In this document: positions 1 to 10,008 of the stretch, in pieces
Position numbering within the stretch: the first letter of the stretch is position 1
Layout of the letters: every line of letters starts with the position of its first letter
DNA from: an uncultured Actinomycetota bacterium
GTDB taxonomy: Bacteria > Actinomycetota > Actinomycetes > JAHEKZ01
Assembly: GCA_963718235.1 (NCBI GenBank)
Contig: CAVQYR010000002.1
Coordinates: 288,001 to 352,000 of the forward strand
Length of the DNA: 64,000 nt
Direction of reading: 5' to 3'
The notes under the pieces: generated by a model
The model's database searches: none
What the model was told of the DNA's origin: nothing
Seen by the model: only the letters and a program-made list of their open reading frames with translations
Position numbers and translations under genes: made by a program

Positions 1-1200
1 GTCGTCGAACCGGGCGACGAACGCGGCCAGGTCGGTACCGGCCAGCCGTTTGCGGAAGGTCTCGGCCGTGGCCTGGCGCAGCAGGTGGGCCAGCACGTCG
101 AGCTCTCGGCCCTCCTCGCTGACCTCGAACTCGACCTTGCCGCGCAGCGTCGCCACGATCGCACCCAGGTCGACCGGGCGAGCCACCGCAGGGTGCTCGC
201 CGGTGATCGCGGCCCGTCGGGCAGCCGAGGCGGCGAGGGTCTCCAGGGCGGCGACGGAGAACCTCGCCGAGACGCCCGAGCGCGCGTCGACGGCGCTGGA
301 CTCGCGAACGAGTCGGGTGAAGCGGGCGACGGCCTCGACCAGGAAGGGCGGGACGATGGCCTGCAGGTCGGACTCCTGACGCAGCAGTGCCAGCTCGTCG
401 TCCAGGTCGAGCAGGTAGTGCGTACGGATCTCGGCGCCGAAGCGGTCCTTCAGCGGCGTGATGATGCGTCCGCGGTTGGTGTAGTCCTCCGGGTTGGCGC
501 TGGCGACCAGCAGCAGGTCCAGCGGCAGGCGCAGCTGGTAGCCGCGCACCTGGATGTCCCGTTCCTCGAGCACGTTCAGCAGCGCGACCTGGATGCGCTC
601 GGCGAGGTCGGGCAGCTCGTTGACCGCGAAGATCCCCCGGTTGGTGCGGGGGATCAGCCCGTAGTGGATCGTCTCCGGGTCACCCAGCGTGCGACCCTCG
701 GCCACCTTGATCGGGTCGATGTCGCCCACCAGGTCCCCGACGCTGGTGTCCGGTGTCGCGAGCTTCTCGCCGTACCGCTCGCTGCGGTGCCGCCAGTCGA
801 GCGCGGTCGCCTCACCGTGCTCGGCCACCAGGCGGCGACACCGCACGCAGACAGGCTGGTACGGGTGGTCGTTGATCTCACATCCCTCGACGATCGGCGT
901 CCACTCGTCGAGCAGTCCGATCAGGGTCCGGGCGAGCCGGGTCTTGCCCTGTCCTCGTTCCCCCAGCAGCACGAAGTCGTGACCGGCGAGCAGCGCCCGC
1001 TCCACCTCGGGAACCACCGTGTCCTGGAAGCCGACGATCCCCGGGAGCGTGTCGTCCCCGGCCGAGAGCCGGGCGACGACGTTCGCGCGGAGCTCCTGTT
1101 TGACCGTGCGGTGCTCGTGGTCGGTCGTTCGCAGCTCACCCAGGGACCGTGGGAGGTCGCTGGGTGGTGACGGGGCCGGCTGCTGCGGGTCGAGGTGCAT
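1..1200 (-). CDS. Magnesium-chelatase-like/MoxR AAA+ ATPase (Rv0958-like), truncated at left window edge
   Basis: Manual translation of minus strand from ATG 1200: MHLDPQQP...LGELRTTDHEHRTVKQELRANV...LLGERGQGKTRL (Walker A)...IFAVNELPDLAERIQVALLNVLEERD...ASANPEDYTNRGRIITPLKDRFG; open to position 1 (hence absent from ORF track); TAGGTT -10 box 6 nt upstream. Confidence 0.88.
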   Translation of the reverse strand, partial: MHLDPQQPAPSPPSDLPRSLGELRTTDHEHRTVKQELRANVVARLSAGDDTLPGIVGFQDTVVPEVERALLAGHDFVLLGERGQGKTRLARTLIGLLDEWTPIVEGCEINDHPYQPVCVRCRRLVAEHGEATALDWRHRSERYGEKLATPDTSVGDLVGDIDPIKVAEGRTLGDPETIHYGLIPRTNRGIFAVNELPDLAERIQVALLNVLEERDIQVRGYQLRLPLDLLLVASANPEDYTNRGRIITPLKDRFGAEIRTHYLLDLDDELALLRQESDLQAIVPPFLVEAVARFTRLVRESSAVDARSGVSARFSVAALETLAASAARRAAITGEHPAVARPVDLGAIVATLRGKVEFEVSEEGRELDVLAHLLRQATAETFRKRLAGTDLAAFVARFDD

Positions 1201-1265
1201 CCACCGAACCTACGTCGCTTCGCCGGCCGGCGCACCAGGTGCCGCACGTGGTCCAGGATGGGGGC

Positions 1266-2480
1266 ATGGCCGAGTCGCTGCACCACGCCGACGTCCGGTG
1301 TGCCGACGGCCTGGCCCTCGGCGCCGACCTCGTCGAGGCAGCCCGAGCGGCGACCCGGTCCGCCCTGACCGGACTGCGGGGAGTGGTCCCGGACCTCGCG
1401 CTGGTGTTCGTGAGCGGTGACGACCCCGACCAGGTCGGGGCCGCCCTGGCCGCTGCCGGCCGGGACTCCGGTGCGTCGACCACGCTCGGGTGCACGGCCC
1501 GAGACGGCGTCATCGCCACGGGTCGCGGGGTGCAGGGGGTCGGAGCGGTGGCCGTGTGGCTCGCCGCCCTGCCGGGCGCCCGGCTGCGGGCCTTCCACCT
1601 CGAGGTGATCAGGACCGCCGACTCGATCGCGGTGGTGGGGATGCCCCCCGCCCGGACCGACGACGCCGTCGCCCTGGTGCTGGCCGACGCGTGGTCGTTC
1701 CCCGTGGAGGGGTTCGTGGACCACTCGTCACAGGCCTGCCCCGGTCTGTCCATCTCCGGTGGCCTGGCTGCCGGCGGGTCATCGGCCGGAGCCACCCGCC
1801 TGCTCGTCGACGGTCGAGTCGTCGACCGCGGCGCTGTCGGTGTGCTGGTCGGGGGCGACGTCAGGGTGCACACGCTCGTCAGCCAGGGCTGTCGTCCGGT
1901 CGGAGAGCCGATGACGGTCACCGCTGCCGACGGAAACCTCGTCCAGCAGCTGGCCGGTCGTCCGGCAGTCGAGCAGATCGAGCGACTGGTGCAGCAGCTG
2001 GACGGCTACGACCAGGCCTTGGCCACACGGGGGCTGCAGCTCGGGATCGCCCGTGACGAGTACAGCGACGACCAGGAACAGGGTGACTTCGTCGTGCGAG
2101 GCATTGTCGGCGTCGACCGCGCCTCTGGCGCCATCGCGATCGGCGACGTCGTCGAGGTCGGTCGCACGGTGGCCTTCCACCTGCGCGACGCTGCTGCCGC
2201 CGACGCCGACCTCGTGACCACCTTGGGAGGGCTCCGACGCTCCGGGGTCGGCCGGGTTGACGGGGCCGTGCTCTTCTCGTGCAGCGGGCGGGGTGCCTCG
2301 CTGTTCTCCAGCGCCGACCACGACCCCAGCGTCGTCCGCGAAGCCTTCGACGGCGCACCGGTAGGGGGCTTCTTCGCGGCCGGCGAGATCGGGCCGATCG
2401 CCGGGCGCAACTACCTGCACGGGTTCACAGCGTCGCTCGTCACGTTCGGGGCGACCGACCAGTCCACGCGAGGTGAGTGA
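1266..2480 (+). CDS. FIST signal-transduction domain protein (FIST_N + FIST_C)
   Basis: PDLALVFVS, LGCTARDGVI, ISGGLAAG, VSQGCRPVG, FVVRGIVG, LFSCSGRG, GFFAAGEIGP motifs typical of FIST proteins; start chosen at ATG 1266. Confidence 0.88.
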   Translation: MAESLHHADVRCADGLALGADLVEAARAATRSALTGLRGVVPDLALVFVSGDDPDQVGAALAAAGRDSGASTTLGCTARDGVIATGRGVQGVGAVAVWLAALPGARLRAFHLEVIRTADSIAVVGMPPARTDDAVALVLADAWSFPVEGFVDHSSQACPGLSISGGLAAGGSSAGATRLLVDGRVVDRGAVGVLVGGDVRVHTLVSQGCRPVGEPMTVTAADGNLVQQLAGRPAVEQIERLVQQLDGYDQALATRGLQLGIARDEYSDDQEQGDFVVRGIVGVDRASGAIAIGDVVEVGRTVAFHLRDAAAADADLVTTLGGLRRSGVGRVDGAVLFSCSGRGASLFSSADHDPSVVREAFDGAPVGGFFAAGEIGPIAGRNYLHGFTASLVTFGATDQSTRGE

Positions 2481-3438
2481 CATGACCCAGATGGCTGCCG
2501 ATGGTTGCGTGCTCGCGCTCGACGTCGGAGGGACCAAGCTGGCAGCCGCCCTGGTGGGTCCGCACGGCGAGATCCTCCGGAGTGCACGCACACCGACACC
2601 CGTGGGGATCGGACCGACCGCCCTGTTCGAGCTGGTCCTTGCCCTGCTGCGTGACGTCTCCGGCTACACCCCGGTGTGCGGGATCGGAGTGGGCTGCGGC
2701 GGACCCATGCTGTGGCCGGCGGGTGTCGTCTCGCCGCTGAACATCCCGGACTGGCGGGACTTCCCGTTGCGGGCGGCGCTGGCGGAGTACTACCCCGGAG
2801 TACCCGTGCGGGTGCACAACGACGCCGCCTGCGTCGCCGTCGCCGAGCACTGGGCCGGTGCCGGAGTGGGGTCGCTCAACGTGCTCGGGATGGTCGTGTC
2901 GACCGGGGTGGGTGGCGGGCTGGTCCTCGACGGCCGGCTGGTCCTGGGGTCGACCGGCAACGCGGGCCACATCGGGCACGTCGTCGTCGACCCCTCCGGC
3001 CCCCCGTGCGCGTGTGGCGGCAACGGGTGCCTGGAGGCCATGGCCAGCGGCCCCAGCCTGGTGCTGTGGGCGTCCTCCCAGGGTTGGCGGCCGCTCCTCG
3101 GACCGGGCGAGACCGCCGACGCCCGCCGGCTCGCCGTGGACGCGGCGGCCGGGGTCCCGGTGGCGGTCGCGGCGTTCGCCCGCGCGGGCTGGGCGCTCGG
3201 TGTCGGCATCGCCTCCGCAGTCGCCCTGACCGACGTCGACGTCGTCGCAGTCGGGGGCGGGCTGACCCAGGTCGGTCCGCTGCTCTTCGACCCGCTGGCC
3301 GCCTCGTACGCGCGGCATGCCGGCCTGGGGTTCACCCGGCGACCTCGCGTGGTGCCGGCCGCGCTCGGCCAGGACGCCGGGCTCGTGGGTGCGGCCGCCC
3401 TGGTCCTGGCCGGAGACCGGTACTGGACCGCTGACTGA
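2473..3438 (+). CDS. ROK family sugar kinase (glucokinase-like)
   Basis: LDVGGTK, HNDAAC, STGVGGG, GNAGHIGH, CACGGNGCLE zinc motif. Confidence 0.92.
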   Translation: MSDMTQMAADGCVLALDVGGTKLAAALVGPHGEILRSARTPTPVGIGPTALFELVLALLRDVSGYTPVCGIGVGCGGPMLWPAGVVSPLNIPDWRDFPLRAALAEYYPGVPVRVHNDAACVAVAEHWAGAGVGSLNVLGMVVSTGVGGGLVLDGRLVLGSTGNAGHIGHVVVDPSGPPCACGGNGCLEAMASGPSLVLWASSQGWRPLLGPGETADARRLAVDAAAGVPVAVAAFARAGWALGVGIASAVALTDVDVVAVGGGLTQVGPLLFDPLAASYARHAGLGFTRRPRVVPAALGQDAGLVGAAALVLAGDRYWTAD

Positions 3439-3451
3439 CTCACGGGCAAGG

Positions 3452-4684
3452 ATGGCCGACGTGTCCGTCCTCCCCGCCGCAGTCGAACCGGTCGGCCTGG
3501 CCGACGTGGAGGCGGCGGACGCCCTGCTCGAGGGCGTGGTGCGGCGCACCCCGATGGAGACCTGTCGGCCCCTGCGCGACCTGGTGGGGGGCGCCGTCTC
3601 GTTGAAGTGCGAGAACCTGCAGCGCGCGGGATCGTTCAAGATCCGTGGGGCGTACACGCGGATGAGCCGGCTGTCGGACTCCGAGCGCGCGCGTGGAGTC
3701 GTCGCGGCCAGCGCGGGCAACCACGCGCAGGGTGTCGCCCTGGCCGCCCAGATGCTGGGTCTCTCCGCGACCGTGTTCATGCCCGAGGGCGCCGCGCTGC
3801 CCAAGGTGTCGGCCACCAAGGGCTACGGAGCCCAGGTGCGGCTGGGGGGTGCGACGCTCGGCGACGCCCTCGTGCTGGCCCATGGGTTCGCCGAGGAGAC
3901 CGGTGCCGTGCTCATCCACCCCTACGACCACCCCGACGTGGTGGCGGGTCAGGGCACCGTGGGACTGGAGATCCTGAGGCAGCAGCCGGACGTGCGCACG
4001 GTCGTTGTGTGCACCGGCGGCGGCGGGCTGCTGGCCGGCATCGCGACGGCGGTCAAGGCCACGGACCCCACCGTTCGGGTGGTCGGTGCCCAGGCCGCGC
4101 GGGCCGCCGCCTACCCGCCGTCCTTGGCGGCGGGCACCCCGGTGACCCTGCCGCACATGGACACGATCGCCGACGGCATCGCGGTGCCCCGACCCGGAGA
4201 CGTGCCGTTTGCCATCGTCTCGGAGCTGGTCGACGACATCGTCATGGTGACTGACAAGGACATCTCGCGGGCCCAGCTGATGCTGGTCGAGCGGGCCAAG
4301 CTCGTGGTCGAGCCGGCGGGAGCGGCCGCAGCCGCGGCGGTGCTTGCCGATCCCGCTGCGTTCGAGCCGCCCGTGGTCGTCGTCCTGTCCGGCGGCAACA
4401 TCGACCCGCTGCTCCTGCTGCGGGTGCTGCGCCACGGCATGGCGGCTGCCGGGCGCTACCTGGCCCTGTCGGTGCGTATCCCCGACTCCCCGGGAAGTCT
4501 GGCTCGTCTTCTGACGTTGCTCGGTGAGACCGATGCCAACGTGGTGGAGGTCGAGCACGTGCGGATCCAGCCGCAGCTCCGCCTCGACGAGGTCGAGGTG
4601 GCCCTGCAGCTGGAGACGCGAGGACCGGTGCACGCCGCCGAGGTGACCCAGCGGATGCGTGAGGCCGGATACTCGCTGGCCTGA
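3452..4684 (+). CDS. ilvA: Threonine ammonia-lyase with C-terminal ACT domain
   Basis: KCENLQRAGSFKIRGA PLP-lysine motif, ASAGNHAQG, GGGGL, SGGNID, C-terminal PDSPGSLARL ACT. Confidence 0.93.
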   Translation: MADVSVLPAAVEPVGLADVEAADALLEGVVRRTPMETCRPLRDLVGGAVSLKCENLQRAGSFKIRGAYTRMSRLSDSERARGVVAASAGNHAQGVALAAQMLGLSATVFMPEGAALPKVSATKGYGAQVRLGGATLGDALVLAHGFAEETGAVLIHPYDHPDVVAGQGTVGLEILRQQPDVRTVVVCTGGGGLLAGIATAVKATDPTVRVVGAQAARAAAYPPSLAAGTPVTLPHMDTIADGIAVPRPGDVPFAIVSELVDDIVMVTDKDISRAQLMLVERAKLVVEPAGAAAAAAVLADPAAFEPPVVVVLSGGNIDPLLLLRVLRHGMAAAGRYLALSVRIPDSPGSLARLLTLLGETDANVVEVEHVRIQPQLRLDEVEVALQLETRGPVHAAEVTQRMREAGYSLA

Positions 4685-4761
4685 CCGGCCGGCCGTGCGC
4701 AGACTGGACGATCCGACCTGGACGACCCGACCCTGCCCGGGGGCGACCCGAGAGGAAGCAG

Positions 4762-5766
4762 ATGTCCGACCATGCCGTAGAGGCGCACGACCTGGTCAAG
4801 ACGTACGGCAAGACCGTGCGGGCCCTGGACGGGCTCAGCCTGTCGGTCGACGAGGGCACCGTGCTCGGGCTGCTCGGCCCTAACGGCGCCGGCAAGACCA
4901 CCACCGTCCGTGTGCTGTCCACCCTGCTCAAGCCGGACTCCGGCCGGGCCTCGGTCAACGGGCTCGACGTGGTCGCCGACGCGCAGCGCGTACGGTCGAT
5001 GATCGGCCTGTCGGGTCAGTACGCGGCCGTCGACGAGAACCTCACCGGCCGGGAGAACCTCACGATGTTCGGTCGGCTTTACCAGCTGCCCAAGGCCGTG
5101 GCCCGTGACCGGGCCGACGAGCTGCTCGAGCAGTTCACCCTGACCGACGCCGGCGACCGGGTCGCCAAGACCTACTCCGGCGGCATGCGACGACGCCTCG
5201 ACCTCGCCAGCGCTCTGATCGGGCGACCGCGGTTGCTGTTCCTCGACGAGCCCACCACCGGGCTGGACCCGCGCAGCCGGCTCGGCATGTGGGAGGTCAT
5301 CCGCCAGCTCGTGAGCGAGGGGACCACGCTGCTCCTGACCACTCAGTACCTGGAGGAGGCCGACGAGCTGGCCGACGTCATCGCGGTCGTCGACGCGGGC
5401 CGGATCATCGCGCAGGGCACCGCCGACGAGCTGAAGGCCCAAGTCGGTGGTGAACGGATCGAGGTCGTCGTCCACGACCGGGCCGAGATCTCTCGTGCCG
5501 CCGAGCTGCTCATGCAGGACTGCCACGGCGCGGCCGAGGTCGACAGCCACACCCGTCGGCTCACCGTTCCCGCCGAGGGCGGCGCAACGCAGCTGGTGCA
5601 GGTCGTGCGAGACCTCGACGAGGCGGGGATCGGGATCGATGACATCGGGCTGCGACGCCCCACGCTGGACGACGTGTTCCTGAGTCTCACCGGGCACGCC
5701 GCGGAGCAGCTGGACTCCGCCGCAGACGACGTCGCGGCGACGGAATCCGAGAGGACATCGGCATGA
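4762..5766 (+). CDS. ABC exporter ATP-binding protein, DrrA family
   Basis: GPNGAGKTT, YSGGMRRRLDLA, LFLDEPTTGLDP, RPTLDDVFLSLTG. Confidence 0.93.
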   Translation: MSDHAVEAHDLVKTYGKTVRALDGLSLSVDEGTVLGLLGPNGAGKTTTVRVLSTLLKPDSGRASVNGLDVVADAQRVRSMIGLSGQYAAVDENLTGRENLTMFGRLYQLPKAVARDRADELLEQFTLTDAGDRVAKTYSGGMRRRLDLASALIGRPRLLFLDEPTTGLDPRSRLGMWEVIRQLVSEGTTLLLTTQYLEEADELADVIAVVDAGRIIAQGTADELKAQVGGERIEVVVHDRAEISRAAELLMQDCHGAAEVDSHTRRLTVPAEGGATQLVQVVRDLDEAGIGIDDIGLRRPTLDDVFLSLTGHAAEQLDSAADDVAATESERTSA

Positions 5767-6593
5767 CCACAGCTACGGAGACCTCTCACACTTCGGTCGG
5801 TGGACGGGGCCTGCCCCCGGCCGTCTCCGACGGCCTGGTCGTCATGGGGCGCAACCTCAAGCGCATCCCGCGCATCCCCGAGCTCGCCATCTTCGCGATC
5901 CTGCAGTCGATCATGTTCGTGCTGCTGTTCGCGTTCGTGTTCGGTGGCGCCATCGTGGTTCCCGGTGGGTACCGGTCGTACCTCATGCCCGGGATCTTCG
6001 TCCAGACGCTGGCCTTCGCCTCGATCACCACGGCGATCGGCATGGCCGAGGACATGAACAAGGGGATCATCGACCGGTTCCGGTCGCTGCCGATGGCCCG
6101 GTCGGCGGTGCTGTCCGGGCGGACGTCGGCCGACGTGGTCTACAACGCCGGGATCCTGCTCGTACTGATGGTCACGGGCCTCGCCATCGGATGGCGGGTC
6201 AACACCGGGCTGGCTGGCTTCGTCGCTGGCGTGACGCTGCTGGTGGCTTTCGCCTACGCGATGTCGTGGGTGGGTGTGTACCTGGGGATGTCCGTGCCAA
6301 CGGTCGAGGTGGCCCAGCAGCTGGGCTTCATCGTCATCTTCCCGCTGACGTTCGTGTCGAACGCGTTCGTCACCACCGCGGGCATGCCCAAGCCACTGCA
6401 GGTCTTCGCTGACTGGAATCCGATCAGTGCCCTCGTGGCGGCGTGCCGCGAGCTGTTCGGCAACGCGCAGCCGGTGAACGACTCGTTCCCGATGCAGAAC
6501 CCGGTGCTGATGTCGGTGTTCTGGATCGTGCTGACCGTCGTCGTGTTCGCCCCGCTCGGGGTGCGCAAGTACCGGATGGCCGCCTCGCGCTGA
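5763..6593 (+). CDS. ABC-2 type permease, DrrB family
   Basis: Six hydrophobic segments, GIIDRFRSLPMARSAVL motif, ATGA overlap with ATPase gene. Confidence 0.92.
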   Translation: MTTATETSHTSVGGRGLPPAVSDGLVVMGRNLKRIPRIPELAIFAILQSIMFVLLFAFVFGGAIVVPGGYRSYLMPGIFVQTLAFASITTAIGMAEDMNKGIIDRFRSLPMARSAVLSGRTSADVVYNAGILLVLMVTGLAIGWRVNTGLAGFVAGVTLLVAFAYAMSWVGVYLGMSVPTVEVAQQLGFIVIFPLTFVSNAFVTTAGMPKPLQVFADWNPISALVAACRELFGNAQPVNDSFPMQNPVLMSVFWIVLTVVVFAPLGVRKYRMAASR

Positions 6594-6615
6594 TCACCGT
6601 CAGCGGCTGTGCTGG

Positions 6616-7104
6616 TCAGGGCTGGAACGGGTGGGAGTCCTCGACTCTGACCGTCAGCTGCTTGCCGTTCGGCAGGCTGTAGGTGGCCTCGCTGCCGACC
6701 TCTTGGCCGAGCACGGCGCCCCCGAGCGGTGACTGGGGGCTGTAGACGTCGATGTCGTGGTGTCCGGCTTGCTCGCGGGACCCGAGCAGGAAGGACTCGC
6801 CCTCGCCGTCCAGCGCGCCCCCGACGAAGGTGACGCTGACCACGTGGCCGACCTGGGCGGTTCCGTCGGCCGCGGGCGGCTCACCCACCTGGGCCGTCTC
6901 CAGCAGGTGGCGCAGCTGCTTGATCCGGGCCTCCAGCTTGCCCTGCTCCTCGCGCGCGGCGTGGTAGCCACCGTTCTCCTTGAGGTCGCCCTCCTCGCGC
7001 GCGGCGGCGATCTTGTTCACGACCGCTTGGCGACCCTCACCGGAGGCGTGCTCGTACTCCGCCTTCAGCCGGTCGTAGGCGTCCTGAGTCAGCCAGGTCG
7101 TCAT
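6616..7104 (-). CDS. greA: Transcription elongation factor GreA
   Basis: WLTQDAYDRLKAE, AREEGDLKENGGYHAAREEQ, YSPQSPLG. Confidence 0.97.
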   Translation of the reverse strand: MTTWLTQDAYDRLKAEYEHASGEGRQAVVNKIAAAREEGDLKENGGYHAAREEQGKLEARIKQLRHLLETAQVGEPPAADGTAQVGHVVSVTFVGGALDGEGESFLLGSREQAGHHDIDVYSPQSPLGGAVLGQEVGSEATYSLPNGKQLTVRVEDSHPFQP

Positions 7105-7176
7105 CGTCGATGCACTCCTTCAGGGCTCACGCGGGTGCTCACCACACCCATCATGCCTCCGGATGGGCCTGGCCGT

Positions 7177-7599
7177 TCATCCTTGGGTGCGCGTGCAGCT
7201 CTCGACCTGGGCCGACGTCGGTCGATGAGTCACGGGCAACTCGTAGGTGACATGGACGTCCCCCCGTTCGCCGGAGACCTCGACCCGGGCCTGACCGACC
7301 ACCTCGTTGGTCACGTCCAGGGCCTGAACCGTGCAGGTCACCGTCTCCCCGGGCGACTTGAACACGTCGAACTCGACGGTGACCGACGTGTCCGACACGT
7401 CGCTGTAGCCGAAGGTGCTCCAGCGGACGTCCGCGGACGACTGCTGCAGGGCGGCCCAGCCGACCCAACCGAGAAAGACCACGGCGACGCCGCCGAGCAG
7501 GGCCAGGGCGACGACCGGGGTCCGCCGGGCCGGGCCGTAGCGCTGCTGCAGCAGCGCGCGCTGCTCGGGGGTCAGCCCTGGCGCTGTGGGGGAGATCAC
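7177..7599 (-). CDS. DUF4307-like membrane-anchored protein
   Basis: Single TM then SVTVEFDV...CTVQALD...VVG; conserved position between greA and mca in Actinomycetes. Confidence 0.8.
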   Translation of the reverse strand: MISPTAPGLTPEQRALLQQRYGPARRTPVVALALLGGVAVVFLGWVGWAALQQSSADVRWSTFGYSDVSDTSVTVEFDVFKSPGETVTCTVQALDVTNEVVGQARVEVSGERGDVHVTYELPVTHRPTSAQVESCTRTQG

Positions 7600-7657
7600 T
7601 CCTCCATTGTGGGGCCCTCGGTTCGCGTGCCGGGTCCGGCCTCCCTATCGTGACTGC

Positions 7658-8575
7658 GTGCCGCACCAGGAACCGCTTCGGCTGATGGCCGTGCATGCCC
7701 ACCCCGACGACGAGTCGAGCAAGGGCGCAGCCTGCATGGCCCGCTACGTCACCGAGGGCGTCGAGGTCCTCGTCGTGACCTGCACCGGGGGCGAGCGCGG
7801 CGATGTCTTGAACCCCAAGCTGGCCGAGGACCCCGAGGTGCTCGTTGACCTGGCCGGCGTGCGACGTCGCGAGATGGAGCGGGCGCGGGAGATCCTCGGC
7901 GTTCAGCAGGTCTGGCTGGGATTCGTCGACTCCGGCTACATCGAGGACTACTCCGTCGACGGCCACCTCCACCAGCTGCCCGACGGCTGCTTTGCGAGGA
8001 CCCCCGTGGAGGAGGCCGCCGTGCCTCTGGCCCGGGTCATCCGGTCGTTTCGTCCGCACGTGCTGACGACGTATGACGAGAACGGGGGATACCCGCACCC
8101 GGACCACATCATGACCCACCTGGTCAGCATCGCCGCGATCGAGGCCGCAGCCGACCCGACGAACCAGGTGGTTCCCGGTGACCCTTGGCAGGTGCTGAAG
8201 GTCTACTACAACATCTCGTTCCACCGGGAGCGGCTCCAGGCGCTGCACGAGGCCACGGTTGCGGCCGGGATCGAGTCGCCGTTCGGTCAGTGGCTCGACG
8301 AGTGGGTCGACGACCCCGACGATGCCGGTCGGGTCACCACCCGCGTGCCGTGCGGCGACTTCTTCGCGGTCAGGGACGACGCCCTGCGCGCCCATGCCAC
8401 CCAGATCGACGACGAGGGCTGGTGGTTCGGCGTCCCGCTCGAGGTGCAGGTCGCCGCCTGGCCGACCGAGGACTTCCAGCTCGCGAGCTCGCTCGTGCCT
8501 TCACCGGTCCCTGAGGACGACTTGTTCGCCGGAGTCTCCGAGTACCTCGCAGCCAGCGACGGCGACGAGGGATGA
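7658..8575 (+). CDS. mca: Mycothiol conjugate amidase
   Basis: LRLMAVHAHPDDESSKGA, TYDENGGYPHPDHI, RAHATQID, WPTEDF; GTG start 6 nt after TATCGT -10. Confidence 0.95.
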   Translation: MPHQEPLRLMAVHAHPDDESSKGAACMARYVTEGVEVLVVTCTGGERGDVLNPKLAEDPEVLVDLAGVRRREMERAREILGVQQVWLGFVDSGYIEDYSVDGHLHQLPDGCFARTPVEEAAVPLARVIRSFRPHVLTTYDENGGYPHPDHIMTHLVSIAAIEAAADPTNQVVPGDPWQVLKVYYNISFHRERLQALHEATVAAGIESPFGQWLDEWVDDPDDAGRVTTRVPCGDFFAVRDDALRAHATQIDDEGWWFGVPLEVQVAAWPTEDFQLASSLVPSPVPEDDLFAGVSEYLAASDGDEG

Positions 8576-8582
8576 TGACTGC

Positions 8583-8846
8583 GTGAACCCAGCCCTTGCA
8601 CAGCTCCATGCCACGGCCGCCGAGGCGGCGACGACGCTCGGTCGGATGGAGGAGTCCAAGACCGGGGACCTCGGGCCGGGGGTCGTCGCCTTCGGCATCG
8701 TGGCCCTGCTCGCCGTCGCGACCGCGCTGTTGATGTGGTCGATGGTGCGCCAGATCCGCAAGGTCCCGGCCGACCTCAACACGCCCACCGGCCGTCGGCC
8801 ACGTGCGGCCCGAGCACCGGAGGCCGACCCGCCCGCGGAGGACTGA
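8583..8846 (+). CDS. Small membrane protein downstream of mca (Rv1083-like)
   Basis: GPGVVAFGIVALLAVATALLMWSMVRQIRKVP single TM; typical position after mca; start approximate. Confidence 0.7.
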   Translation: MNPALAQLHATAAEAATTLGRMEESKTGDLGPGVVAFGIVALLAVATALLMWSMVRQIRKVPADLNTPTGRRPRAARAPEADPPAED

Positions 8847-8850
8847 CGGG

Positions 8851-9198
8851 TCAGTCGGCGTCCGTCGGGGCGGCCAGTGCGGCGCGGGTCTCGCGGGTGA
8901 CCCGGTGCTCCATCACGAACGACAGGAACGGAACGACGCCACCCAAGACGGTCAGGATCGCCTTGCCGGGGCCCCATCGTTGGCGCAGGGCGAGGTCCAG
9001 CACCGTGGTGATGTAGAGGATGAACAGCCAGCCGTGCGCGGTCCACGCGATCGCGACCTGCTCCTCCGCCATTCCGGCCAGGTACTTCAGGGGCAGCGCG
9101 ACGAACACCAGCGTGACCAGGACGACACCCACGACGTAGGCCATGACCCGGTAGCGCAGCAGGGCGCCGGGAACGCCCTTCATCGAGCCGGTGGACAC
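8851..9198 (-). CDS. DUF3817 membrane protein
   Basis: ALLRYRVMAYVVG, HGWLFILY, GGVVPFLSFVME. Confidence 0.85.
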   Translation of the reverse strand: MSTGSMKGVPGALLRYRVMAYVVGVVLVTLVFVALPLKYLAGMAEEQVAIAWTAHGWLFILYITTVLDLALRQRWGPGKAILTVLGGVVPFLSFVMEHRVTRETRAALAAPTDAD

Positions 9199-9962
9199 GA
9201 GGACTCCTCAGGGAACGCGGGGGTCGGGGCTGTTGGCTGGCCTTCGAGGGCGGCGTCGCGGAGCCAGCGGAACCAGACGAACGCCGCGAACCCGGCGAAG
9301 AACCACCATTGCAGGGCGTACCCGGCGTTGAGCAGGTGCCACCCTCCGGACGCCGCGACCTCGACGTTCACCGGCTGGAGGCCGGCGCTGGGTGGGTCGG
9401 CCAGCAGGAACCCGTCGAAGACCTCCCGGGTGGGGTAGATCCCGATCAGCTCGGCCGTGCTGACGATCAGGACCTCGTCGGTCTGCAGCGGCGCGTCGAG
9501 GCGGCTCGGCGCGAGTGCGGAGCTCTCCGAGCGCTGGAGCACCCCGGTGACCTCCACCGTGCGCCTGGGTGCCGCCGGAGCCTTCGCTCGGTCGTCCACC
9601 CAGCCTCGTACGACGGGGAGCAGGTCGCCGGAGGAGGTCCGCAGGGGGGTCAGCACCCAGAAGCCGCCGTCGGCACCGGGATCGGTGCCCTCGACGGGTG
9701 CCCGGTCGACGACGAACAGCTCGAGCGTGGGGTCATAGACGCCCGAGGCGGTCACGGTGCGACCGACCGCCTCGGGTGGGAGCTCATCTCCGGCCGACGC
9801 GACGTCGTCCAGAGGCACTGCTGCTGTCGACGTGGGGTCGGTCTCCGGCTCGAGGTGAGCGCGGCCGAACTGCCATCGGCCGAGTGCCACGCAGGTGACC
9901 ACCACGACGAGCATCAGCAGGGTGAGCGCGATGCCCTTACCGGTGAACAGGGCGCGCGCCAT
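9180..9962 (-). CDS. SURF1 family protein
   Basis: LGRWQF, GFWVLTPLR, VVRGWV, NAGYALQWWFFA. Confidence 0.88.
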   Translation of the reverse strand: MARALFTGKGIALTLLMLVVVVTCVALGRWQFGRAHLEPETDPTSTAAVPLDDVASAGDELPPEAVGRTVTASGVYDPTLELFVVDRAPVEGTDPGADGGFWVLTPLRTSSGDLLPVVRGWVDDRAKAPAAPRRTVEVTGVLQRSESSALAPSRLDAPLQTDEVLIVSTAELIGIYPTREVFDGFLLADPPSAGLQPVNVEVAASGGWHLLNAGYALQWWFFAGFAAFVWFRWLRDAALEGQPTAPTPAFPEESSCPPAR

Positions 9963-10008
9963 GCGTCACACGGTACGGGGGCGCCGCCACCCGCCACCAA
10001 CCGGCGGC

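Noticed and set aside
85-1170. 361 aa plus-strand ORF at window start
   Set aside because: The real gene is the minus-strand AAA+ ATPase 1-1200.
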